Below the pieces are notes generated by a model. The model did not search any database, was not told where the DNA came from, and was given only the letters and a program-made list of their open reading frames with translations. Shown here one piece after another: positions 43,722 through 57,096 of a DNA stretch of 64,000 bases. The translations under genes were made by a program, and so were the position numbers. This DNA comes from Cyanophora paradoxa CCMP329. Its lineage: Eukaryota > Plantae > Glaucophyta. The stretch covers positions 62,001 through 126,000 of the forward strand of contig QPMI01000096.1 of NCBI GenBank assembly GCA_004431415.1, read 5' to 3'. The stretch's first letter is position 1; each line of letters begins with the position of its first letter.

Positions 43722-46700
43722 ATGGCGCCTGAGAGCATGGGCGAGGCGCCCACGCGGCCCCTGGCCCCCTCTTCCTCTGTCAAGTCGGGCGTCGCATCTA
43801 AGAAGCTGCGCATCGCCTTGGAGGAAGCGCAAGATGGCTTGAAAAGCATGGGCAATGGAGGAGGAGGTTCCAATCCAGACAGCCCCGCTCGGAGCCAGCG
43901 ACGCCTCGGTGGCGTGAGAATCGGTGTGCCTGCTCCGAGTGCCGCATCGCCGCCCTCACGCTGCGCAGTCGACGCAGCAGATGCGGAGCATGCGGCAGAC
44001 AAGTCTCCAGAGACAACGCGCAAGCTGAAGATAGCACAGCTGCCGCTGGCGACGGCAAATGGCGGGCACGAGGGGAACGTAACACCGGGCGGCGGCTCCA
44101 CGCACCGCTCGGCGGGGGCCCGCTCGGGCTGGAGCACAGCGCGGGGCGTCCTTGCGACCGCGCGCTCCGGTGCTTTCACGGCCCGCTCGGCCGGCCTCCG
44201 AGCCCTGCGCCAGATCCGGAGCCTCATCCCCAGCCTGGCCCTGGACCTCCCCAGCGGCCCGACGATCGAGGAGCAGGGGCACGCGATGCCCCTCCCGCTC
44301 TGCAGGCACTACGTAACTGCGGCCACGATCTTCGCGTGCGTGCAGGCGGCCCCGAACGCGCCGCCGCGCCGCCGCGCCGCCGCCGACCGCGCCCGGCGCA
44401 GCGACGTGAGCGGCTTCTCGCGCATGTCGGACCGCCTGTCGCGGCTCAGCGAGAACGACGCCGCGGCGCCCCCGCGCCCCTCCTCGGCCACGCTGGAGGG
44501 AGCTCCGGCTGCGCCCGCCGCGGGGGCGGAGGCCGAGGCGCGCGGCGCCAACCCCTCCGCCTCCGTCGGAGTCGAGGTCCTCGCCCAGATCCTCCAGGCG
44601 AGCCCGTACCCCCTCGCCTCGCGCTTCTTCCCCCCCCCCCCCCCCCCCCCCCCCCAACGGCCCAGGCCGAACGCGCACCCCCAGGTCCTCCTGGAGCGCC
44701 TCACGCAGGCCATCATCGATCAGGGCGGCGACGTCATCAAGCGCGTAACCCGCGCTGACCCGCGTTTTTGCGGTACCCCTCCCTAACGCCCCCGGCGCAG
44801 GTACGCCGGGGACTCGGTCATCGCGGTGTTCGTACCCCGGGAGACGGACGGGAGGGAGGATCCGTTCGGGGGGGTAGAGGCGGCGGTGGGGAACGCGCTG
44901 CGGGCGGCTTGCGCCCTGCAGCGCGCCGTGCTCGACGTCTGCCGCTCCTTCGCCGTCCTCGAGGTGCCGTACCCCCCCTTCATCCCCCCCCCCTCCCCCC
45001 CGCCCCCCGGCGCCTCACGCGCACGCTTTCGGCGCAGCTGGACCTGAGGATCCGGGTGGGGATCGGCGTGGGCCCCGTCTCGGGGGTGACGGTGGGGGCG
45101 CCGGCCCGCCGGGAGTACTTCATCTGCGGCGCCGGGCTCTCCCAGGCCTTGGAGGGCGAGCACCTGGCGCCCCCGGGGCACGCGGCGCTCAGCCCGTCGG
45201 CCCTCGCCGCCCTCCCGCCGGGCATCGCCGCCGCCGTGGCGGCGCTGCGGCCGACCCCGGCCGGCCAAGTGACGCCCCCCACATCGTCCGGGGGCGTCCT
45301 GAACGGCGGGGGCGCCGGGGACGCGTCGGGGGCCCCGCGGCGCGCCAACTGGAAGAGCAGCATCCGCTCCTGGTTCGGGGGCGGCCGCAAGTCGGGCTCC
45401 GCCCCCGCCTCCTCGGCCAGCGTCTCCCCCGCGCCCCCGGAGGAGGCCGGTACCCCCCAGCCGCAGCCGCAGCCGCCGGCGTCGGGCTCGGAGCGGCACT
45501 CGATCGGGCCGGACGGGTACTGCATCGTGGAGCTCGCCGGCCTCGTCGGGGCGGAGGCCCTGGGGGCCTCCTCGGCAGCCGACCTGGCGGCATCCCTGGA
45601 CGCCGGTTCGACCCACGGCGGGACCCTTTTCGGCGCGCAGTCGCCGGCGCCCACGGCCCGATCGGCGGCGCTGACGGAGGAGCCGGGGGCGGGGGAGGAG
45701 GCCGGGGGCCGGCCCGCCTCGCGGGGGGGCGCGCACCTCGCGCACTCGCCCTCTGTGGCGAGCAGCCTCGGTGCCGGCATGGGGCAGCGCAAGGGCAGCC
45801 GCACGCTGATGGAGCGCCTGCGGGGCGCCCCCGCCGCGCCCGGCCTGAAGGAGGGGCGCTCGGGCAGCCGCCAGGTCCTCTCGCTCCAGACGGAGGAGGA
45901 GGAGGTGCTCGCGACCGTCCACCCCACCTCCAAGGTGCCGCGTTCCCCTCTTCCCACGGATACCATCCCGCCCCCTCACCCTCGCCCCAGCCCGGCCTGT
46001 CGACGCTCCTGGAGGCGATACAGGGCCCCGGGCCCGGGCCCGGGGCGGCGGGGAGCCCGGCGCAGAACGGGCCGCGCTCGACGCGCTCGGGCAGCGCCGC
46101 AGGCGGCGGCTGCTCCACAAAAGACTTCAACAAAGACTTCAAGGAACTCCAGGCGCGCCCGCCCGCGCCGAACCCCCTCCGCCGAGCCCTTCCGATCCGC
46201 CGAGCACTAACCGGGCCCGGGCGCGCGCGCAGCTGGGGGCGTTCCTGACGGCGCCGCCTGCGCCGCTGCACTCGGTGGAGACGGACTCGCTGGACCTGAG
46301 CTCGCCGGCGGTGGCTGACTACCTGAGGAGCTTCGTGCCGCGGCCCGTGGCGGCCAAGCTCGAGGCCGGGGGCGCCGGCGCCACCCGCGCCTTCGTCGCC
46401 GAAATGCGCCGCATGACCGTCCTCTTCATCTGCTTCCCGGGTACGTCGTCCGCCTCCGCCTCCGGATCCAGGAGAACGTTCGCTTCGCTCGTTCGCCCGT
46501 CCGTCTTTCTCACCCGGGCGGCAGGCGAGCTGCTGCGCCCGGGGCCGGACGGGGCGCCCCTGCCCGACTCCCTCGCGGACCTCAGCGCCGTCGTCCGCAC
46601 CCTCCAGGCGCGCCCCGTTTGTTTGTTTCTGCGACGACGCCGGTACCCCCCTCCCCGGTCGTACCAAATTCCGATACCCCCCGCCCCGCAGGAGGCTATG

Positions 46701-49700
46701 GACGCGTTCGAGGGCTCCATCCGCCAGGTCGGCCCGCGCATCCCCCGCCCCGCCCCGTCCCGGTCGCTTGAGCTAGCTTCCTTCGAGCGGGTCGGCGCGA
46801 TCGGCGCGATCGCCGCCTCTGCCTCTGCCTCTGCCTCTGCTTCAGAGCAGCTCCGAGCCACGACACCCGGGCCGGCGGGCGCTCACCTGAGCCGCGCAGG
46901 TCTGCTTCGACGACAAGGGCCTCGTCCTCATCGCCGCCTTCGGCCTGCCCCTCCAGGCTCACGAGGGTGCGCGCGAAGAAGCTTGAAGCTTGAAGCGTTG
47001 GGGGGCCCCGCTTCGCTTGCACGGGCCCGCTGAGCCGGCCGCAGACGACGAGCTGCGGGGCCTCAACGCCGCGCTCTACATGTGCCGGCAGGTCCCCCGC
47101 CGCGTCGGGTACGCGTTTCTTTCTCCTTCTTCACCCTGTCCGTCCTCCTCCTCGTCCTTCCGCCGCTGACCGCCGCGGCGGCGGGCAGGGAGGGGAGCGC
47201 CTGGCGGCCGCACTGCGGCGTGGCCACGGGCCCGGCTTTCGCCGGCTTTGTCGGATCCAAGTCTCGGTGCGCTCCAAGCCGCCTTCTCTCTATCTATCTG
47301 TCTATCTACCCCTCTCGGTCTCTGCCCGCCCGCCCGCCCGCCTCATGCAGGCCTGCGCGCAGGTGCGAGTACATGGTGGTGGGCGACTCGGTGGTCGTCT
47401 CTGCGCGCCTCATGGCGCTGGCGCTCGAGCGGGGCGAGCCGTGCCTCTGCGACGAGCGCACGCGCGCCAAGGCCGCGGAGGCCGGCGCCGGCGCCGGCGG
47501 CGGCACCCGTTTGGCATTCGATGAGCTGCCTGAGCCCGTCCTGCTGAAAGGGTGAGCGGGGAAGGCCTTCACAGCTCCCGCCCGCCCGCCTTCGTTCTCT
47601 GAGCCCTCCGCCAGGAAATCGACGCCGGTGCGGGTGTTCCGCGCCTCGAACCGGGGCGGCGGGCGGGGCCGCGACGAGGACGGCGGCTCGGCGGGCGTCG
47701 GCGGCGGCCGCGGCTCCCTGCCCGTCTCCCGCGCGGGGAGCGTCGTGAGCCTGCACTCGGCCAGCCCGCCGCCCGGCTCGGCCGACGAGTCGTCGCCCGT
47801 ACCCGGGAACCCCTCCCAGACCTCAATCCCCTCCCTTCGCATCCGCCTCCCCGCGCAGCCGCCCATCCACTCCACCGACGTCTCGGCCGCCGGCACGCCG
47901 CGCTCGGGGGCGGGAGGGGGCGCCACGGCGCGGTCCCTGGCCGCCGCCCACACCGCCGCTCCCTCGCCGGGAACGCCACCGCGCGATCCGTCGCGCTGCG
48001 GCGCGCCGCGGCGCGCGGGGGCAGCCGCCCGTCCGCCTCGGCGGCCGGCGAGTACGCGGACCGCCGGATCTCGACGTCGACGGCGGGGGCGGTCTCACCG
48101 CCCGCGGCGCCGTCCGGCGGGCCCGCGCCACCGAGGAGGAGGCCGGCGCCCCGCCCCTCGTCGGCCGCCAGCGCGAAATGGCCGTCTTCGGTACCCCTCC
48201 CCTCTTCTCCCCCCGTCCTCCTCCGGCCGGGCGCCGACCCCCGCGCAGCGCGGCTTGCGAACGGTCTGGCGGGCGCGGCGCCCCGCTCGGCGCACCTGGA
48301 GCTGGAGGGCGCCGCCGGCGTGGGCAAGTCGCGCCTGCTCCTCGCCATGCGCGCCGCCGCGCCGCCCACCGCCCTATGGGCCGCCTGCTCCGCCGGCCCC
48401 GTCGAGCGGTGCGCGCCCCGCCCCGCCCCGCTCCGCGATGCTTTCTCTTTCTCGGCTCACTAACGCGGGGCCAGGCTGCGGCCGTACCGGGCGCTGCGGG
48501 GGCTCTTCCACACGCTCCTCGGGGCGGAGCCGCTCCCCGCGCGGAACGCCCGCGTGGAGGCGGCCCTCGCTTCCCGCCCCGACCTCCTCCCCCTCCGCCC
48601 CCTCCTCTCCGGCGTCCTACCCGTCCGCTTCCCCCCCTCGGCGGCCGCGGGGGGTATGGACGAGGGCGCCCGCTCCGCCGCCCTCCGCTCCCTCCTCGTC
48701 CACCTCGTCGCCACGCTGGACCCCACCGTACCCCCCGAGGGCCCCGGCCATAACTTCGTACCCTCCCCGTCCGCCCGCCAGAGCGTCGTCTTCCTCGGCG
48801 GCGCGGGGGGCGCCATCGCCTCCGCCTCCTCGCTCGCCGGCGGTAGTCCCCACCTGCTTCTCCCCCCCGCCTCGATCTCGAGCCTGCCCCCCGCTCTGCC
48901 CGCCGCGCTCCCGCCCGCCGTCGATGTGGACGGCCTCTTGGCCTCCGTACCCCCCCTGGCCGTCTCCGGGCCGGACCTGCGCGCCCGGCGGCACGTCCCG
49001 TCCCTCACCCCCCTCCGCGTCGCCCTGCCCCTGCCCGTCCCCACCGCCTCGCCGCCCTCCCCCGGGGGAGCCTGGAGCGCCCGGCGGGCCTTCCCGGAGG
49101 GCCGGCGTCCCTGCCCCCTCATCATCTCCATCGACGACGCCCAGCACCTCGGTACCCTCCCTGTTTCACCGCCGCCCTTCGCGCGGGCCGTACCCCCCCC
49201 CCCCTGATTCTTCTCCCTTCCGCCCCAGACTCGGCCTCGTGGGCGCTGCTGGCGTCGCTGGACTACGCGGCGCGCCCGACGCTCCTGCTGGTCTCGGGGC
49301 GGCCCTTCGGAGACGGGAGCGGGCCCTACGGCCCCGCCTCGGGCCACGGCATCGCCTCCAACGGCTCCGCCAACGGCGCCCGCACCGCGCGCCTCTCAAG
49401 CTTCGGCGCCCGGCAGGACTTCTCGTTCCGCGGGGACGGCGCCGGCGCCGGCGTACCCCCCGAGCTCATCCGCATCCGCCGCAACGTCACCATGCTCCAC
49501 GAGCAGGCGAGCCCGCCGTACCCCCCCCCCCTCCCATCATTCTTTCTTTCTGATTCGCCCGGTCAGATGCGGCTGCCGCCGCTGCCGAAGGAGGCGACGG
49601 CTGCTCTGCTCTCGGCGCTGGCGCTGGGCCCGCAGGCGGCGCAGGCGGCCGTGCCGCCGCCGGCGGTGGACTTCGTGTACGAGCGGTCGGGGGGTAACCC

Positions 49701-52700
49701 CCTCTGGGCCACCGAGCTATTCTACCAGCTCCTCGCCGACGGCGTCCTCGCCATCCGCCAGGTCGCCCCCGTACCCGTACCCCTCTCCACGCTTTCCCCC
49801 CCCCCCTTTCTGACCCCGCCCCGGACGCGCAGACGTTGCTCCCGGCGCCGCAGGGCCCCGACGGGGCGCTACCGGGGCCCGTCGTCACCGCCGTCGACAA
49901 CTTCAACGGTACCCCGGCGCCAACGCCCCCCCCCCTCCCCTCCTCCCCCCGCCCCACCTCCTTCCTTCTGATCTGACGCACCCGTCTTCTCCTTTCCTTC
50001 CATCCAGAGCGGGCGCGGAGCGCGGCGATCCCGCAGCGCCTCAACAACCTCCTCATCTCGCGCATGGACAGGCTGCCCCCCCGCCACTCGGTCCGCCCCT
50101 GCCCACGTCCTCCTCCTCCCCGCACGGCGTAGCTGGCTGGCTGACTCGCGGTACCACCCACCGGCGCAGCTGATGCTGAAGGTGGCGGCGGGGCTCGGCC
50201 ACCGCTTCTCGCGCCTGGCGCTCATCGCAGTCTTCCGCGCCGTCACGGAGGGCGCCGCCGCGCTCCGGCTCCCCGGGCGGGGCGAGGGCAAGGCCGGGGG
50301 CGACGGGGAGGAGGAGGGCGAGGGCGAGGGCGGGGACGAGGAGGAGGCGACGCACCCCGCCGAGGCCCTCGGCATGATCGAGCTGCTGGTGGAGGAAGGG
50401 CTTCTGGAAGAGGAGGACGAGGAGGAAGAGGAAGAGGACGAGGACGAGGACGAGGAGAAGGAGGGCGAGGGGGCGGGCGATGGGCCCCTCCCCCCCGCGG
50501 AGGACGCCCTCTCAGACGAGAGGCCCCCGGCGGGCCCCGCCGGCCCCGCACAACAGAACGGCGACCTCGGACGGGCGGCGTCGGGCGGCCGGCGCGGCGG
50601 GCCCCTACCCCCCTCGGCCCTCAAGCCCTCTACCCCCAGCCAGCGGGCCGGGCCGGGGCCGGCTCCCGCCCCTGCCATTTCTCCCCCTCCGGAGCCGGTT
50701 CAGCTCCCCTCGGGCCCGCCGTCGCCCCCGCCCAAGCCGGCCGCCTCCGTCCCCCACCCGCGAGCCCTGCCCCCACTGCCTTCGCAGCAGCCGTCGCCGC
50801 CGCAGCCGCCGTCACGGGTGCCGGCGTCTCCGCCCCTGCCCCCGGGAGGCGGGACGTCACCGCCCAAGGCCCCGCCCCCCCTCCTCGACCCCCAGTCCGC
50901 CTCCAGCTCTCTGCGGCGGCTCGTGGCCGCCAAGCAGAGCCTCCCCGGCTCGCCCTCCTCGCCGTCCCTGCGGCCCGCCCCGCCGCACACGCTGCCGCGG
51001 AGCCCGACGAACCCGCACCCCCTCGAGCACCCCCGCTCCGGCCCGCTGCCGCACGGCGCCTCGTTCAAGAGCACCAACCGCTCCGGCCGCTCCAACGGGA
51101 GCGGCGGCGGCGCCTCGGCCGGAGGCGGCCCCAGTGCGCTGCTGCTGCCGCGCAGCGCGTCCTCGGGGGCGGGGGCCGGGGAGGGCCGCGTCCTCCCCCG
51201 CAGCGCCTCTCAGATCGCGGCGCACGCGGCGCTCGGCATCGTCCGGCACCTCCCGCACAGCGGCTCCAGTCGCGAGTCCCTGCTCTCCCGCGTGCCCCGC
51301 TCCGCGAGCGGCACCAACCGCCGCCGCTCCCTCCTCCCCGCCTCCATCCTCGCCCTCCAGGGCCTCCCGGAGGCCCGCCCCCGCCCCGCCCGGCCCCGCC
51401 GACCCGCCGGCGGCCCCCGCGCCGGCGCCTGCGGCACAGCCGCCCTCGTCGCCGCCGGGGCCGCCCGCCCGCCTGGCCTTCTCGAACCTCCTCGGCGAGC
51501 TGGGTCGCGATCGCCAGGCCGGCAAAGCCGAGGCGGAGGCGGAGGCGGCCGCTGCGGCCGAGCCGCACGCGGACTCGCCGAGCGAGCAGAGCGGCGGCTC
51601 GGGCCGGCCGCAGGTTCGTATCGAGACGGTCCACGAGGAGGAGGAGGAGGCGGAGAAGGGCCACACGGACGGGGAGGCCACGGGGGACGAAGGCCCCTCG
51701 CCCGGGAGCGACGGGCACCATGCGGACGACGAGGAGGAGGGGTACGAGAACGAGGACGAGGGGCCCCCCGAGTGGGAGCGCGAGGCCCACTACCGCTTCA
51801 CCCACTCGGTGCGTGTACCCCCCCGGGGGCTCCCTTCCCCTTCCAAAAGGAAAAAACGATGTAACGACGTTCCCTTGTTGCGTTTGCAGCTCGCGAAGGA
51901 CGCTGCGTATGGTACCCTTACGAGCGAGCAGAAGCAGGCCGTGCACGCCGCCGCCGCACTTTACTTCGAGGTGCCGTACCCCCCTTCCCGACCGCTCGTT
52001 CCCCCTCCCTTCACTCCCCTTTCTAACTCGGTCCCCCTCCAGTCCGTGGCGAAGGCGGAAGCGGAGGGGTCGCCGAACGAGGGCGGCGCCGGCTCGGGGG
52101 CCGCCGCCGGGGGGACCAAGCGCGGCGCCCAGCGCGCAGCCGACGCCAAGGTGGGACCGTACCCCCCCGCGCTTCTTCTCCCGCCGATTTTCTGAATCCC
52201 GTACCCGCAGTCGCTTCTCGTGCACCACTTCACGCGGGCGGGCCCCGCGCACCGCCCCCGCGCCATCCAATGTGCGCGCCGCCGCGCATCTTACAGAGGG
52301 AAACCTTTCGAGCTCGGCGCGGCCTCACACGCGCGCCCCGCCTCCCGCTCAGACATGGAGGAGGCCGCTGGGGAGGCGCTGGGACAGGGGGCCCGCGTGG
52401 AGGCGCTCCAGATGTACCGCCGCCTCGTCGCCCTCGCCTCGGAGGGTGCGCCCCCGCCGCCGCCGCCGGCTCCGGCTCGGGCTCGGGATAGCGCAAGGGG
52501 CGGGGGGTAGCAGCCGATCGCTCTGGCGGGGGCGGCCCCCTCGAGCCCGCTCGCTGACCGCCGATCCCGCGCACAGGCTCCGGGGCGGGCGACCACGCGA
52601 TCGAGATCGCGGCGCTCGAGACGGCGGCGGCCGGCGTCGGCGCCGGCTCGTTCCGCGGCCTCCGCACGCGCATCGCGGCCGCGCTGGGCACGCACCACCA

Positions 52701-54886
52701 GCGCCGCCGCAGCAGCAGCCTCATGAGCCTCGGGTCGGGCCCCGGCGCCCTCGGCCTCGCCCCCGCCCGCCTCGCCGCCTGGTGCCGCCGCGTCGCCGAG
52801 CTGGAGGCGGCCGAAGGGCGCCCGGCGTCCTCGGCGCGCTACGCGGCGCGGGCGCTGGCGGTGGGCGGCGAGGCGGCGCTCCGGGCCGACCCGGGGCCGG
52901 CCGTGCGCCTGGCGCAGGCGGCCCGGCACCTCTTCCGGCGCTTCGGACTGCGCCCCACGGGCCTCGGCACGCTCCTCCGCGCCGCCCGCCGCCGCAGCGC
53001 CTCCTCCTCCTTCCCCTTCCCCGCAGGCGAGGGCCCGCGCCCCGCGGGCCGGCCGCGGCCGACGAGCCGCCGACGCCGCCGCCGCCGCCGCTGCCGGCCC
53101 CCGCCGAGTCGCTGCTGGAGGTGGCGCGGGCGTACCGCCTGCTCTCGTCGGCAGCGCTCCTGCGCGGGAGGCGGCGGCCGGCTGGCAGGCCGCGCTGCGC
53201 GCCCTCGAGCGCGTCGAGTCGCTGGCGGGCGGGCCCTGCCTGGGCCACCCCTCTGCCCTCCGCGAGCTCGCCCTCTGCTGCGCGGCGGCCGCCGCCGGCG
53301 CGCTCCTCTGCGGGCGCAAGGGCGAGGGCCGCCTCCTCATGCGGCGCGCCGCGACGCTGCGGGGCGCGGCGGACGGGCGGCGGCGGCGACGGCGGCGGCG
53401 CGGGCGGAGCTGGCGGCGGCGCTCGCGTGGGCGGCCTCGGTCGACGTCGGGGTGGACGCGGAGGCGGACGCCCTCCGCTGGGCCCGCCAGGCCCTCGCCC
53501 TCCTGGGAGCCCGCGAGGAGGAGGGCGCCCCGGGGGCCCTCGGCACCGCCGCCGCCCCCTGGGCCATCGGCGCCCGCGCCGTCCAGGTGGGCGAGCGTTC
53601 CTCCGCCCGTTCTCCCGGCTGACTTGACGCGACCGAGCAGGCCGAGTTTCTGGTGCTGGCGCGCTCGGGCCGCCTTCGCGAGGCCGCTTCGGCTGTGGAC
53701 GGCTTCCTCTCCTCGCTCCGCCTCTCCGGCGCCGGCGGCGGCGCCGCCGTCGGCGCCCCCGCGGCGGATGGCGACGGCGGCACGGCCCGCGGCTCGGGCG
53801 GGGCAACCCGGCCGGCTCGGGCGGGGCGGCGGTGCGGGGGCGGCGGCGCCGGCGGCGGCGGAGGTCGTGGCGCTGCTGGCGTCGCAGGCGTGGGCGCAGC
53901 TCATGCTGGGGGACCTGACCGCCGGCCTCGCCCTCGCCGAGCGCGCCGCGGCGCTGGGCGCCCGCGGCGCCGCGGGGCCTCCATTTCGACGACGTCGCCG
54001 TACGCGGCGGCGCGCGGCGGCTTCAACGCGATGGAGAGCGAGGCGGGCCCGTCGGGCGCGCCGCCGTCCTGGGCCTCCTCGCCGCCGCGCGCCACGGCAC
54101 CGCCGAGCAGGCGGCGCAGTCGACCGGCGTGCCCTCCGACGCGGGGCGGCAGCGCCGCGCGGCTGCGGCGATGGCGGAGGTGGCGGCGGCGCTGGTGGAG
54201 GCGGCGGCGCGGGGCGCGGCCTGGGCGGCCGCCATCGCCGGCGAGGAGGCCGACTCGCCGGGGGCCGCGGGGGCGCGCGTCCCCGCCGGCGTCACGCCCA
54301 GCACGCTGCTCGGCCTCCACTCCGCCTTCGACGTGCTCCTGAGGGAGCTCGGCGCCGAGCGCGAGGCCGGCGGCGCCGGCGCCGGCGCCGCCGACGCCCG
54401 CCTGCGGGTCCGGCTCGCCCAGTACGCGCCATCGTCCCCCAGGAGCCGTCCCCCGCGGCCTCGGCATCCGCCCCGTCGCCAGCGCAGCCGGCGGGGGCGT
54501 CCGGGGAGGGCATGGGCCCGCTGGCGGCGGCCGAGGCGATCGCTGCGGCGGTGGAGGCGGGGGCGCGCGGCAACCCGCTCATGCGGCCCATGTCCCTCTC
54601 CATGGCGGGGCGCCTCGCGGCCGCGCGGGGCGAGCGCGGGCCGGCGCTGCGGCTGCTGCGCGCGGGGCGCGCGGAGGCGGCGCGGCGCAAGCAGCCGCTC
54701 GTCGAGGGCTTCGCCCGCCTCCGCTCCGCGGAACTGCTGGCGAGCCGCGGGACGGGCGGCGCCCTCCGCCGCGCCCGCGCCGACGCCGTCGAGGCCGAGC
54801 GCCTCTTCCAGCTCTGCGCCTGCAAATACGGCCTCTCCCTCCTCCGCTCCCTCCCGGCCCCGCTCGCCCCGCAGCTCGCCCTCTAG
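43722..54886 (+). CDS. Soluble adenylyl cyclase-like (ADCY10-type) protein: two class III cyclase domains + STAND ATPase + helical C-terminus; multi-exon
   Basis: C1: TIFA|DVSGFSRMS, GGDVIK|YAGDSVIAVF, LRIRVGIGVG..RREYFICG. C2: AEMRRMTVLF, CFDDKGLVLIAAFGLP, CGVATGPAFAGFVGS..R|CEYMVVGDSV..ARLM. Walker A LEGAAGVGKSRLL; Walker B ISIDDAQHL; ERSGGNPLW; YRFTHS. Confidence 0.88.
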
Positions 54887-55954
54887 TCGCGCCAGGCGGC
54901 CGGCCCCCCGCCCGCCGGCCGCTTGTATCCTTGGACTACTTATTCTACCAAATCGCAGTTCTTTCTAGTGTCTAGGTCGCAGCAACTCTTTTTAATTTTC
55001 ATGTTTTCGCTATGAGTGTAAGGTGGCCCAGCGCATGCGGCCGTTTCTATTGCCAAGCTGGCGTATTTCGTGCGCAAACGTGCCTGCATCAGTGTAGCAC
55101 CGTAGTACCCATTACGCATTACGAAGTTAGTCAATCATATTGGATGGGCCAGCCCGGTCCAGAGGACGTTATCCTTTGGAAGCAGGATATAGTGAGGTCC
55201 CGGTGTATTAAATGATTTTTATACAATATCAACTACGCATGCAAAGTACTGGCAAAACCTTCATGATCACTGCACGTGGCATCTCAGGGTTGTGCGTGAA
55301 GTTGCACTTGCGAGCAAATGAAATCTCTGAACGAAGGGGGGGGGAAAGGCTGTAATACAGATCCAGGAATTCGAAGAAGAATGAAGGATCCGGAAGGCCT
55401 AGATCCGGGGGAATCCAGATCCAGATCCAGAATTCGATTCATTTGAATCCAGGATTTTGGATTCGGATTGAAATGATTCCGGGCTCAGGAATGCATATTC
55501 ATTCGAAACTGCACATGTACATGAAAGTTCAAAGGCTCTAGATGAGAATCCAGCCCGGCAGCCTTCCGATCGAGGGGAAGATCGAGGCCCTGAGGGGGAT
55601 TAATTATAGAAAGGGAAATCAAAGGGGAAATTTTGAATTTCGAAGGCCTCGAATTCATGCACGTGCACTGATCATGAGTGAACTTCGAATCGAATTGCAA
55701 GCAGTTTCAGATCTAGACAAGATACATTAATATTCTTCAGATCTACAGATCATGATCAACGTACAGGTTATATCGATCAACTCATGATCAGGAGTACTAG
55801 TGCCTCGAGAGGGCTTTTAAAGCTTGAGCTAGGGGACGTCGACTCTCTCTGGAAATTTGGACGAGAGGAGGGATCTCCACACGTGCGCACGTGCGCAAGG
55901 GCCGGCATTATAAAATCAATTATTCTCCGGTCGGCCGCCAGTTCATCGATCGAT

Positions 55955-57096
55955 ATGGCGCGCGGCTCGAGCTCTCTCGCCCTCCTGGCCCTCGTGCTCT
56001 GCGCTGCCGTCGCGGCCGTTCGGGCCGGCGCGTTCGCGCCGCCGGAAGGCGCCCCGGCCGGCCAGGCTACGTACCAAGGTTACGCGATCGGAGTGGCGGA
56101 CGGATTTCAGGAAGTGCCGTTGAGTAGCGCGCGCGCGCGCGCCGCGCCGGCGCCAGGCCCGCGGGCTCTAGATCTAGATTAACTGTACATGTCCTGGCGC
56201 TCACGTTGCGCGCGTCGAACCGCGGCCGATCGCGATCGAATTTAATTTGATGCGCGCAGATCCGTCACTACGCCAGCCTGGGGGCGCGCGCTAATCGCTG
56301 TGTACAGTACCGGGGACGCATACTTCGGTCTCGTTTGGGCGCGCCTGGCGAAGAAGTGAGCTGAATTCGAATTCGCAGCGCGCGAATGATTAAATTCGTT
56401 TCCGGTCCGCTGATTCGGTTTCGCAGGCCGGCGACCGCCGTCGTCGCTTCGCATCTCCACGGCCCGCACGCAGTCCTGAACGTGCGCAGTCCGAAATTAA
56501 ATTAGATCAAATTCGAATTTTCCGGCCGCCGACTGCAGCGTCGAGTCAGCCTGACCCCGAATTGCAATCAGAGCGCCGGGATTCGGATCCCGCTGCCGGC
56601 GCAGACCGAGCTGACGGAGGTGCGCCCGGCCTCCTGTTTGCAATGTGATCATGAGCTTAGGTCCAATATATATATATATTTTTTAATATCGATATCCGCC
56701 GACGGCGCTTTAGATTTTAGATTCCGGCATTATTCACCAATACCGATGTATCCATATCGCTTTGATCTCGAATCTCGAACCGCGCAGTATCGCGTGGACA
56801 TCAACGCCGACCAGTACGCGGCAATCACGAAGAACTCTTTCTACTACAACCTCCACACGTCCGCCTACCCCAACGGCGAGATCCGCGCGAACCTCATCTG
56901 GTACAGTGCGCCAAATTTTGCAATCGAACAATTGCAAGAATTTGACTTCTTTTCGGCCTGGCCGTGGGCCGCGCGATAAATTGGATATTATTCGAAATTC
57001 GGCTCACGCACGCGCTCGCACGTGTACGTCTCGCGTGCAGCGGGGCCGCCGCCATCTGAGGACGCCTTCGGTGCCTTCGGCACGATCGCAAACTAG
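55955..57096 (+). CDS. Secreted single CHRD-domain protein, copy 1 (6 exons)
   Basis: Signal peptide MARGSSSLALLALVLCAAVAAVRA; DGFQEVP|SVTTPAWGRA..; ASHLHGP; YYNLHTSAYPNGEIRANL (CHRD signature); ends GAFGTIAN*. Confidence 0.85.
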
